DNA from: Polyangiaceae bacterium
GTDB lineage: Bacteria > Myxococcota_A > Polyangia > Polyangiales > Polyangiaceae
NCBI GenBank assembly: GCA_050287085.1
Contig: JBNKBE010000002.1
Span: 224,001 to 288,000, forward strand
Length of the DNA stretch: 64,000 nucleotides
Direction: 5' to 3'
A model generated the notes under the pieces. The model was given only the letters and a program-made list of their open reading frames with translations, made no database searches and had not been told where the DNA came from. This document shows positions 29,236-37,915 of the stretch, piece by piece (the first letter of the stretch is position 1; every line of letters starts with the position of its first letter). The position numbers were made by a program, and so were the translations under genes.

Positions 29236-32200
29236 CTACGACAGACCAAGTCCCATGCCGCTGCGCAGTTCGAAGTAGGCGGGGCTTATTGCAAAGAGCA
29301 AGAGCTCGCGGGCCCGCTGTTGCCCCGGCGTCGAGACCACAGCGAACTGATCGCGAACTCGCGCCAAGGAGCGCTGCAAGTCGTTGGCCAAGATGAAGCC
29401 GGCTCGATCGGCTGTGTAGTCCACGCCTTCGACCCAACGCTTGAGGTCCAGGGCTTGGCTATCGACGAGCAGCGTCGCAACGAGCGATCGCAACTCCACG
29501 TGGACCTCGGTCGTGAGCGTGTTCTCAAGCGCCATTTGAGCTTGGGCGACCTCACCTTCGATCTCTGGAGCGACGGGAAATGTGGGAGACGCGATGCGCA
29601 GCGCGGCAAACAGCCAGATCTTCAGGTGGCTTGCTCCTTCTCCGAACGTGCGCAGAAGGAAACCCGGGCGGTAGTACGTAAGCATGCGGCCACACTCGAA
29701 GGCGAGTTCTTGTGCCTGAATCTCGTGGGTCAACAGGCGGTGCCCGATACTGAGACTACATGGCCGGGTTCGAAGAAATCTGAGTCCTTCAGGGTCGTTG
29801 CTATTTTCGAAGGTTGGCGGAGCCGCCAGCGCTAGCACACCGGCTGCGTAGTGGAGCATCTGTCCGACCGGAAACTGATGGCGAGCCAGGTGCAGCTCGT
29901 GGTTGGCGCTATACCCCAACTCGTCCAGGCTACCACCCAGGGCGTTGACGATGGCGTTTTCCAATAGGGCAAAAACGCGGGTAAGCCGCGCGTCCGCAGA
30001 GCTGTGGATCAGGCGCCCCCAATCGGCGTCCGTCGCCGCCACCTTGGCGTGTGCCGGTTCTTCGCTTCGCATGCGAGTGAAGAACTTCTCCTCATCTGGT
30101 TCGGCCAGATTGAGCGCGGAGAGCGCTTGACACAAGCACCAAGCGCCGTCGGCCTTCTTGCTCTTGGTATATAGTTTGCGCAGCGCGCGGTAGGCTTCCG
30201 GGCGGTACGGATCTCGCTCCAGCACCGCCTGTTGCAAGGCCAGGCCCCGCTCGAAGTAGCGCTCGGAGTGCTCGCGATAGAGCTCGGTGAGCCGGGCCAG
30301 AAGCGAGGCGTCGTCGGGGGCAGCCTTGCGCGCCGCAGCCAGTGCGTCGGCCTCCTCGCTGGTCCGGCCAAGGTCGCGAAAAAGATCAGCCAACTGAACG
30401 AGGACCTCCGTCAGTCGCGGCTTGTCATTCGCTGCGCTGGCAGCTTCGGCACAGGCACGCAGAAGGGCTTCCGCTTTTTCAGGCTTTTCAAGCTTAAGAT
30501 AAAGAGAGAGCCGCTCCCTCGTAGCCTTTGCGTTTGATGGGTCGAGTTCGCTGACCAGCTCGAAGAGCTCCAGCGCCTGCTCGAAGCGTTCGAGCTCGCG
30601 CACGCAGACCATTGCTGCGGTCATCAAGTACTTCGAGCGCTGCAGAGCGTCATCTTGGAAGTCAGCGAGCTTCAACACGATCGAAACGAGCTGCTCCCAG
30701 TCTTTGCCAGCGCTGTACAGTTGCATGAGGCGGGCCAGCAGATTTCGATCCTCCGGGTGCAGTTCGAGTGCGGCGACGTAGCTTTGGGCCGCGCGCGGGG
30801 CGTCCTGGAGCTTGTCGGCGGCAATTTCTCCCATCCGCACGTGGACCGAAACGCGCTCCGCTTCGTCTACCATCGTGAGCAGCTCTTGGTAGAGCTCCAG
30901 GGCTCGCTCCCACGCCTCTCGGGTCTCCGCGAGCAAGGCGAGGGCATGCACTGGCTCTGAGAGCTTCCCGTCGAGGTTTCGGACGTCTGTGAGCAATTGC
31001 TCCGCCCGTTCGACATCGCCTTGACGTCTGACAAGCTCGGCATGGCGATAGCGTGCGATAGCTTCTTGCGACGGGGATAGGCTGCCGTCGAAGCGCTCGA
31101 GTTGCTGCGCCAGACGGCTTTCGGCACCGTCCGGCGCGCCATAGCGAAACCAGGCTTCACAGGCCTCCCATTCCAGTTCGCGGTCCTCCGGGAGACGTTC
31201 AAGAACCACGTCCCACAGCGCCAGAGCGGTATCCGTCGCCGTGTCCACTGTCAGCCGAGCCGCTGGAGCGAACAGTTCCCGCGCGGTGTCGACGTCGAGT
31301 TTCGCTGCATGTGGCAGCAAGCGCAGTGCGGCCGCTGCCACCTCGCTCTGGGACTTCTCATCAATGTGAGCTCGGAGCAGCACCTGGAGAGCTTCCAGGT
31401 TGTCTGCGTCCAGTTCGAGAGCCTCGCACGCCAGTGTCTTGGCTTCGCCCCCTTTCGCCGTCTCGCCCGAGAGGATGGTGGCGGCGCGAGCCAAGAGTGC
31501 CGCTTGCGCTTCTAGCCCAGTGGTCGCTTGCGCCGCGCGTTGCAGAAGCTTCGCCGCATCGCCGCCCCGTCCTAGCTTCCGATAGAGTTCGCCTAGCTTT
31601 TCTGTTCCTTCAGAGAGCGTCGGCTGGAGTTCAAGCGCCTGCTCCCAACGTTTCGCTGCTTCCGCTAGCTCCCCTCGTGCGCTCAACAGTTCGGCCGACT
31701 GCCGCAGGCCGTCTACGCGCTTCGCTGGCTCATCGGCAAGGGTCACCAGCTGGTCGAGAGCCTTCAGCGCTGCCGTGGCATCCCCCTCCTCTTGCCGCAG
31801 CTTAACTAATGCGCTCAACGCTGTGGTGTCCTGGGGAACCAGGACTAGCACCTGCTCATAGCATTCGATCGCCGCGGATACGTCATGCAAGCGCTCTTCG
31901 AGGAGTTGGGCTCGCGCCGTGAGCAGATTGCGCTTGCGCTTCGGGTCGCTCAAAATCTGCGCATGCCGGGCCAGCGCGTCGCTCAGCTCGGGCCAGCGTT
32001 CGAGTCGTTCGTAGGCGCGGGCGAGCCCTCGGTGCGCGGCGTCATGACGTGGATCGAGTTCAAGCATGGCCTCGAGCGCCGCAATCGCCTCCGAAGGCGA
32101 CAGGAACTCTTCCTCATAGAGAGCTGCGATGCGGGCGTAGAGCTCTAGTTTCTGTCGCGGCGTGGCCGAGACGCGCAGCTGTTCTTGTAGATTGGCGAGC

Positions 32201-34461
32201 AACTCGTCGAATTGCCCGAGCACGCCATGCAGTCGGTCCAGGCCTCGCAGGGCACCCAGGTGAGACGGTTCCTCCGCAGCGACGGTACGGTAGAGCTTCA
32301 GGGCGTCTGCGGCTGAACCCAAGTGGGCCTCGTGAACACCCGCAGCGCGACAGAGCAGCGTGAGGCGGGTCGAGCGATCTGCTGCGTTAGCCCAGCGCTC
32401 GAGTAGTGCGGCGTAGCCCTTGTGGTCGCCCGCTTCTCGCAGGAGTTTGCCGAGCAGTTCGTTGCTCAGCGTGTGCGCGGGGTCTTGCTCTAAGATTCCT
32501 TCCAATATGGAGCGGGCGGTCACGGCGTCGCTCAGCTGCTGCAGCTGCACTTCCGCCATCGCGAAACGCAGTTCCCGTGCGGCGGCCGCGGTGGGTGCGG
32601 CTTCCGCCTGGCGAGCCAAGGCGACGACCAGCTCAGGCCATTGCTGGGCGCGGCGATAGATGCCTGACACGGCGTCCAGAGCGGGCTCATTGCCCGGATC
32701 CAAGGGTAGCAGCGTCTGGTAACAGGATAACGCGAGATCCGGGCGCTTGAGCCGCTGCAGGTACCAACGGCCAAGCTGTCCGAGCAATTGGACTTTGTGC
32801 TCCGTGGGCAGGTCTCCAGCGCTTTGGCTCCAGCAGCTTTCGGCAACTTCATTCCACGCCTCTGGCCGCGCGTCGGCCAGGCGTTCCACGCCCTCTCGTT
32901 CTTCGTGCCCGGGTCGTTCCACAAACGCCTGACATTGCGCGAGGAGCGCCTGCTCGGGGTCGTCCAGCTGTTCCTCATAGAGGCGAGCGATATGTAGCCA
33001 TGCGTCAGCCCGGATCTCCGCGTCGCCGGCAGCTTCGATCTTTTCGAGCCACGACTCGATGACCGCTTCCGCCTTCCCCAGACGGACCTGGGCGACTTCC
33101 AAGCCGCGAATCGCCACCGGATCGTCGGGTCTCAATGCCAGCACGCGTTCAAAGCTGCGCTCCGCTCGCTCGTCGTCGCCGCGGCCATGGTGCAGCCGTC
33201 CAGCACGAAATGCGAGATCCAGCTTGGCTTCCACGGCGTCCGAGTCCAAGCGTTCAAATGCTGCGTCAAAGGCTTCTGCGACTCGCTCTGCGGCCGCGCC
33301 CCGGTCGATGGCGGCTTCCAGCGCCACCGCGGCTTCATGGTTGTCTGGCGCCTCGAGCAGCGCGGCGATCAGCTCTTCGAGATGCTCGGCCGGCATCGGG
33401 GGGCGTTGGCTTACCCGTTCGTGCAGCTGAGCGAGGCCTAGCAGGGCCGATGCGGCGTTGTTGGGGCGCTGCGCCGGCTCGGGTTCGAGCAGCGAGAGCA
33501 CCCATCGGTCGAGCGCTTCGTCGATGTGGGTGCTCGCGAGCGAGCTGGGAGGCAAGGGGGGACCGCTGAGCGCGCTTGAGGCCCACAGGATTGGGGTTGC
33601 CGCTGCCAACCCTCGCCGCTCCCCGAAAGGGGGGCGTCCGGTGAGCAGCTCGTACACCAGGGCGCCGACGGCATAGATGTCACTCGACGGGGAGGGCGGA
33701 TGTCCCAGCAGGCATTCCGGCGCACAGTAGCCAACGTGGCGCACGTGGGGCAGCGCGGGGGGCCCACCCGCCGCCGCTCCGCCCGCATCGAGCAGCACCA
33801 CCTTCATCGCGTTGTCAGTGGCCAGCAATATGTTGTTCGGACAGAGATTGCCGTGGTGCGCGCCCGCTGCGTGTAGCGGTTCCAATGCTTCGAGTAGCGC
33901 TCGCGCGACGCGCCGTGCCGTGATGCCCGGATCGCCTTCGAAGATCGCTGCAGGTAGCAATTGGCCGTCAACGTGAGGGGTAACGACCGCGGTGGCTCCG
34001 GGGAGGACACGCACCTCGTGTGGGTGGCCCTGCTGCGCCAGGAAGCGCGTGCTGACGGCCAGGCGGGCCGCCGTCTTGGATTCTGTGGGGTAGACCTTGA
34101 CGCGGACTCGGCGACTTTCGAGAGCAGCCGTGAACACGCGCCCAGAGTCGTCGAGGGTGCTTTCCAGCGCGTAGTCTCCGAGTTGGGCGCACAGCTGCTC
34201 CGGGTTCGGAAGGCGCGCCCGCAGGCAGCGTGCCGCAAATTCGCTGCCGTGCTCGGGGCTCATCAAGCGCGCCGCCTCGACCAAAGCCTCGAGGATTTGG
34301 TCCGTTTCACAACGAGCGACCAGCGCGCGGGCAAATGCTCCGGGGGAGCGGCTCTTGCAGACATGGTCGGCTGGAAGCTCGAGCAGAGTCTCGGCGAGTT
34401 CGACCAGCTGTTCTGCAGTGAAGAGGTGTTCTAGTTGCGCGTCGAGTCCGTCAATCTTCAC
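29236..34461 (-). CDS. Giant Ser/Thr pseudokinase-TPR protein with small N-terminal helical domain
   Basis: Kinase-fold motifs HGNLCPNNILL, LLDAG, YCAPE, SDIYAVG, ELLTGRPPF; over 1000 aa TPR array; distinct C-terminal domain (DLKRW...TADRAGF); start placed at GTG 34461 (ORF open to 34563). Confidence 0.88.
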   Translation of the reverse strand: MKIDGLDAQLEHLFTAEQLVELAETLLELPADHVCKSRSPGAFARALVARCETDQILEALVEAARLMSPEHGSEFAARCLRARLPNPEQLCAQLGDYALESTLDDSGRVFTAALESRRVRVKVYPTESKTAARLAVSTRFLAQQGHPHEVRVLPGATAVVTPHVDGQLLPAAIFEGDPGITARRVARALLEALEPLHAAGAHHGNLCPNNILLATDNAMKVVLLDAGGAAAGGPPALPHVRHVGYCAPECLLGHPPSPSSDIYAVGALVYELLTGRPPFGERRGLAAATPILWASSALSGPPLPPSSLASTHIDEALDRWVLSLLEPEPAQRPNNAASALLGLAQLHERVSQRPPMPAEHLEELIAALLEAPDNHEAAVALEAAIDRGAAAERVAEAFDAAFERLDSDAVEAKLDLAFRAGRLHHGRGDDERAERSFERVLALRPDDPVAIRGLEVAQVRLGKAEAVIESWLEKIEAAGDAEIRADAWLHIARLYEEQLDDPEQALLAQCQAFVERPGHEEREGVERLADARPEAWNEVAESCWSQSAGDLPTEHKVQLLGQLGRWYLQRLKRPDLALSCYQTLLPLDPGNEPALDAVSGIYRRAQQWPELVVALARQAEAAPTAAAARELRFAMAEVQLQQLSDAVTARSILEGILEQDPAHTLSNELLGKLLREAGDHKGYAALLERWANAADRSTRLTLLCRAAGVHEAHLGSAADALKLYRTVAAEEPSHLGALRGLDRLHGVLGQFDELLANLQEQLRVSATPRQKLELYARIAALYEEEFLSPSEAIAALEAMLELDPRHDAAHRGLARAYERLERWPELSDALARHAQILSDPKRKRNLLTARAQLLEERLHDVSAAIECYEQVLVLVPQDTTALSALVKLRQEEGDATAALKALDQLVTLADEPAKRVDGLRQSAELLSARGELAEAAKRWEQALELQPTLSEGTEKLGELYRKLGRGGDAAKLLQRAAQATTGLEAQAALLARAATILSGETAKGGEAKTLACEALELDADNLEALQVLLRAHIDEKSQSEVAAAALRLLPHAAKLDVDTARELFAPAARLTVDTATDTALALWDVVLERLPEDRELEWEACEAWFRYGAPDGAESRLAQQLERFDGSLSPSQEAIARYRHAELVRRQGDVERAEQLLTDVRNLDGKLSEPVHALALLAETREAWERALELYQELLTMVDEAERVSVHVRMGEIAADKLQDAPRAAQSYVAALELHPEDRNLLARLMQLYSAGKDWEQLVSIVLKLADFQDDALQRSKYLMTAAMVCVRELERFEQALELFELVSELDPSNAKATRERLSLYLKLEKPEKAEALLRACAEAASAANDKPRLTEVLVQLADLFRDLGRTSEEADALAAARKAAPDDASLLARLTELYREHSERYFERGLALQQAVLERDPYRPEAYRALRKLYTKSKKADGAWCLCQALSALNLAEPDEEKFFTRMRSEEPAHAKVAATDADWGRLIHSSADARLTRVFALLENAIVNALGGSLDELGYSANHELHLARHQFPVGQMLHYAAGVLALAAPPTFENSNDPEGLRFLRTRPCSLSIGHRLLTHEIQAQELAFECGRMLTYYRPGFLLRTFGEGASHLKIWLFAALRIASPTFPVAPEIEGEVAQAQMALENTLTTEVHVELRSLVATLLVDSQALDLKRWVEGVDYTADRAGFILANDLQRSLARVRDQFAVVSTPGQQRARELLLFAISPAYFELRSGMGLGLS

Positions 34462-34768
34462 AGCGGTTGTCAATCCTTGAATAGTCAACGCGAGGCCGGC
34501 GCGGAACGGCCGGTGTTCGCTTGCGGCCGCACGAAGGCTGCGTGCCAGGCGGTCAGCGCACACTTATCACATACACCAGTCCCGAGAGCAGCCGCGCGTG
34601 GGGGCATTGGTCGCTCCCGGATATCAGAAATGCCGCTCTGCCCAGCTCCGAAAATTCGCGCCTCGACGCGCTACCGCGTCCCGTTCTGTCACCTGAGGGG
34701 CCACCGCTTTCGAGGAAATCCTTGCTCGAAAGTGGGCAGCAAGAGAGTCGTTGTGACATAGACGCAGC

Positions 34769-35065
34769 ATGCGTCGCTTGCCAGCGCTTGAGCGCCTCTT
34801 GCCGCTGAGCTTGCTGGCCGTAGCCCTCGTCTCGGTCCCCATCCTGTTGCTCTCTGAAGGAGGCCTCGAGCGAGTCCACAGGCTGGAAAAAGAGAAAGCC
34901 GTTGTCGCTGCGCACGTGGCGGAGCTGGAGGGCGACATCCGTCGCCTTCGGGCGGAGGCCAACCATATCAAGGAGGATCCGTCGCGTGTGGAGCAGGTAG
35001 CACGGGACGAGCTGGGGCTCGTGCGTCAGACGGAGGTTGTCTTCCAGTTCAAGCACGCTCGCTAG
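34769..35065 (+). CDS. ftsB: Septum formation initiator (FtsB/DivIC family)
   Basis: TM, coiled coil, then VEQVARDELGLVRQTEVVF signature. Confidence 0.85.
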   Translation: MRRLPALERLLPLSLLAVALVSVPILLLSEGGLERVHRLEKEKAVVAAHVAELEGDIRRLRAEANHIKEDPSRVEQVARDELGLVRQTEVVFQFKHAR

Positions 35066-35078
35066 CTCGCCGTGCGAG

Positions 35079-35129
35079 GGCGGGGCTCCGGCGACGAAGG
35101 GGGCGGCTCCTTGCCCACGGAGCTCCGCC
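35079..35129. terminator. GC-rich hairpin between convergent genes (possible bidirectional terminator)
   Basis: GGCGGGGCTCCG (35079-35090) pairs with CGGAGCTCCGCC (35118-35129), one G-U pair; no U tract. Confidence 0.35.
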
Positions 35130-35141
35130 GGTGGGCGACGT

Positions 35142-35807
35142 CTAGGGCCAGCGTGCTTGAATCCCCAATCCGGCTTCAAACTGGGCTTCGATCGCGCGCA
35201 CAACGCTGACGCCGGGGCCCACCTGGATGAAGGCTCCCAGGTTGCGGCTGAAGTTGTACTGACCGCCGAAATGCAGATGGGTGAGAATGTCGGTATCGTA
35301 GTTACCGAGCAGCGCGTCGGCGGCGCTGCGTGCGCCTTCGAGACGGAGCCCTGCCGCGAGGTCCAGATACAACTGGAAGTTGTGCTCAGACGTGTAGAAG
35401 CGGGTGCCCAGCCCCAGCACCGTGAGCGGGGCGGTGCGCGAATAGCTGTCGCCGCCGAGTCCGAGGCGCGTCCATAAATACGGTTCTACGCGGGGCGTTA
35501 GGCCGTAGGAAAGGGCCAGATCCAGGGCAAGCGGTGCCGCGTGTCCACACACGTTGGTCTCTGAGCCGTGAACTTCACACGGCGGGGAATCATCGTAGCG
35601 GAACATCACGGAGTAAGGCAGGACGAAGCCGACTCGCAGCCCACCGGTTCCGGCATGGGTGCCCGCCTTGGGCGTTCCTTCCGTCGTTGCATCGCTGGCG
35701 CAGACCGGAGTCGAGACGGCCAGAGCCAGCATGGCCGTCAGGCCGCCGAACGCGATCGGAGTAGCGAAACCTACAGAGGCGCGGGGCCGAGAAAAACGCA
35801 GAGCCAT
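35142..35807 (-). CDS. Putative small outer-membrane beta-barrel protein
   Basis: Signal peptide, alternating hydrophobic/Gly beta strands, Cys pair in a loop, C-terminal LGIQARWP. Confidence 0.7.
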   Translation of the reverse strand: MALRFSRPRASVGFATPIAFGGLTAMLALAVSTPVCASDATTEGTPKAGTHAGTGGLRVGFVLPYSVMFRYDDSPPCEVHGSETNVCGHAAPLALDLALSYGLTPRVEPYLWTRLGLGGDSYSRTAPLTVLGLGTRFYTSEHNFQLYLDLAAGLRLEGARSAADALLGNYDTDILTHLHFGGQYNFSRNLGAFIQVGPGVSVVRAIEAQFEAGLGIQARWP

Positions 35808-36026
35808 GAAGGGATCTCATAGACCAGCATCCCCGGGCAGCCCCACCAAAAAAGGACCTCCGGGGACCGCCGTGGCCGCCAGCCTTGGGCCCCATAGCCC
35901 GGCACTTAGCTCAGCAGGGGTGCGGAGGGGCGGCTGGACTGAACCGTGGTGTTACACCTGCGGGCGGGGAGCCGATATTTGTAGAAAGATTCCCCCCGTG
36001 CCCAAATGAAGCTACCTTTGGTACCT

Positions 36027-36386
36027 ATGTTTCGCGAGGCGCTACAAGGGGTCGTCGACCGCGTCGACGGCGGGCTGGCCGGCATGCTGATCGACTTCGA
36101 AGGGATACCGCTCGAGTCGTATTCTCGAGACAACGCCGCTTTGGACGTCGAAGCGATCGGGGCGGAAGTGAGTGTGCTGGTGAAGTCGATTCAGCGCGCT
36201 GGCGAAATGCTGGAGGCGGGGGCCACGCGCGAGGTGTCGATCAAGAACGAGCGCATGGTGACCGTCGTGCGAGTGCTCAACGAGACCTACTTCATGGCGG
36301 TGACCTTGGCGCCTCATGGCAACCTAGGCAAAGCCCGCTACTTGATGCGGGTAGCGGCGCCAGGGCTGATCGAAGAACTCGCGTGA
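36027..36386 (+). CDS. mglC: Roadblock/LC7 domain protein, MglC-like (MglB paralogue)
   Basis: FEGI at the position of the MglC FDGI motif and C-terminal GNLGKARYLMRVAAP, resembling M. xanthus MglC as I recall it; start placed at ATG 36027. Confidence 0.75.
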   Translation: MFREALQGVVDRVDGGLAGMLIDFEGIPLESYSRDNAALDVEAIGAEVSVLVKSIQRAGEMLEAGATREVSIKNERMVTVVRVLNETYFMAVTLAPHGNLGKARYLMRVAAPGLIEELA

Positions 36387-36399
36387 ACGCGTCTACGAC

Positions 36400-36858
36400 A
36401 TGAGCGACGCAAAGCCTACCGCGCGTTTCTTGGTCCTCAGTGGTCCCAACTTGGACAGACTGGGCAAACGCGAGCCGCACGTCTACGGCCACCAGACGCT
36501 CGAAGACATTCATGGGCGCATCCAGGAGCTATCCCGTCACCTGGGGGTTGTTGTCGCGTGTCGTCAATCCAACCACGAAGGGCAGCTGATCGACTGGATG
36601 AACTCGGCTTGCGCTGACGGCTTTGCCGGCATTGCCATCAATCCGGGAGCCCTCACGCACTACTCGTGGGCTTTGCATGACTCCATCAAGGGCTGCGAGC
36701 TTCCCGTGGTCGAAGTGCATCTCTCCAATCCAGCGTCTCGCGAGGAGTTTCGGCGTCACTCCTGTGTTGCTCCGGCGTGTCTCGGCACGGTGGCGGGCTT
36801 CGGCCCCGATTCCTACCTGCTGGCGCTTCGTGCGTTGTGTAGTTCCGCCGGCGCGTGA
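36400..36858 (+). CDS. aroQ: Type II 3-dehydroquinate dehydratase
   Basis: GPNLDRLGKREPHVYG, QSNHEG, INPGALTH, EVHLSN, REEFRRHS. Confidence 0.95.
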   Translation: MSDAKPTARFLVLSGPNLDRLGKREPHVYGHQTLEDIHGRIQELSRHLGVVVACRQSNHEGQLIDWMNSACADGFAGIAINPGALTHYSWALHDSIKGCELPVVEVHLSNPASREEFRRHSCVAPACLGTVAGFGPDSYLLALRALCSSAGA

Positions 36859-36877
36859 GGAGCCTACCAGCGGGCGC

Positions 36878-37738
36878 TCAGGGGCCGTGTGTGAGCCGGA
36901 GGCCGGCTCCAACCCAGCCGTGTACACGCAGCTTTTCAACTTCTCTATCTTCGGGGCAGAAGCCGCGGAGCGCGCTGGGGCAGGTGAAGGAGTCGCGTAT
37001 GTAGGTTCCTACCGCGGTTGATAGGTAGGGGCCCCAGGTTAAGGACTCACCCAATTCCCAGTCGAGTCCCGCTTCCAGCGTCAGCTGCGGACCTCCGAGC
37101 AGTTCTTTGGCCGTCAGGGCCACAGCGCTGGCGTCGACGCCGCTGCCGGCGGGTACCTCGACGTTGAGCCCCTGAGCGGCGCGCGTCATGCTGGCCCAGA
37201 GCGACTCCCAACCCAGGCTCATTCCGCCCCAAAGCGCGCGACCGTTGTGCCGTTCCCCGTGATAGAGCACCTGTGCCCCGAGCCGGAGCTCCGTGAAGTG
37301 GCAGTCTGCGTCCTTGGGACAGTCGTCTCCGAAGAGGCCGACCGCGAGCTGGGTTTGCAATCCCAGCCACCAATGAGCGTCCAGCTGATAGCCCAGGTCG
37401 AGCCACAAGGGGGTGCGCAGCAACACGAGATCGCGCAGGGTCCCACTGCGCAGCGCCGGAAGGGCTACCGGTGCGTCCGTTTTGCCCCAGGGCACGCTCG
37501 CCCCCAATCTGAGACCGTAGGCGAAGCCGGACTGCGCCTCATGAGTCCGGCTTGTCCCCTCCAGAAACGGCGCGTTGCGTTCATTCGCGGGGGCGGGTGT
37601 CGCGAGCAATGCACCGGTCAGACCCAGCGAGCCGGCGAGCCGGCGAAGCGGGGCTCGAGGTGAGTTGGGCGAGCGGCACTGCCGAGACGGCCGCGGCGAG
37701 GGCCCAGCATCGCCGGAAGGGGTCAATGGACGTGTCAT
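36878..37738 (-). CDS. Putative outer-membrane beta-barrel protein with disulfide loops
   Basis: GLRLGASVPWG, PLWLDLGY, GMSLGWE, WGPYLS, HGWVGAGLR amphipathic strands; two Cys pairs; start uncertain. Confidence 0.7.
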   Translation of the reverse strand: MTRPLTPSGDAGPSPRPSRQCRSPNSPRAPLRRLAGSLGLTGALLATPAPANERNAPFLEGTSRTHEAQSGFAYGLRLGASVPWGKTDAPVALPALRSGTLRDLVLLRTPLWLDLGYQLDAHWWLGLQTQLAVGLFGDDCPKDADCHFTELRLGAQVLYHGERHNGRALWGGMSLGWESLWASMTRAAQGLNVEVPAGSGVDASAVALTAKELLGGPQLTLEAGLDWELGESLTWGPYLSTAVGTYIRDSFTCPSALRGFCPEDREVEKLRVHGWVGAGLRLTHGP

Positions 37739-37915
37739 GCCCACGGATTTAGGGCGCTTTGTCTGCAGCGTCACCCAAATTGGTGAGTCCACCTCACCGT
37801 TGGCCGGTGGTGAAGAGGAAGGCTTCAGCATTGGCGGCGTACCAGCGGTGGGCTACTGTGCCTGCTGGGCGCCAGCAGCCAAGGCGCACGACTACCAAGG
37901 GGCCTGCTTGTGAAG

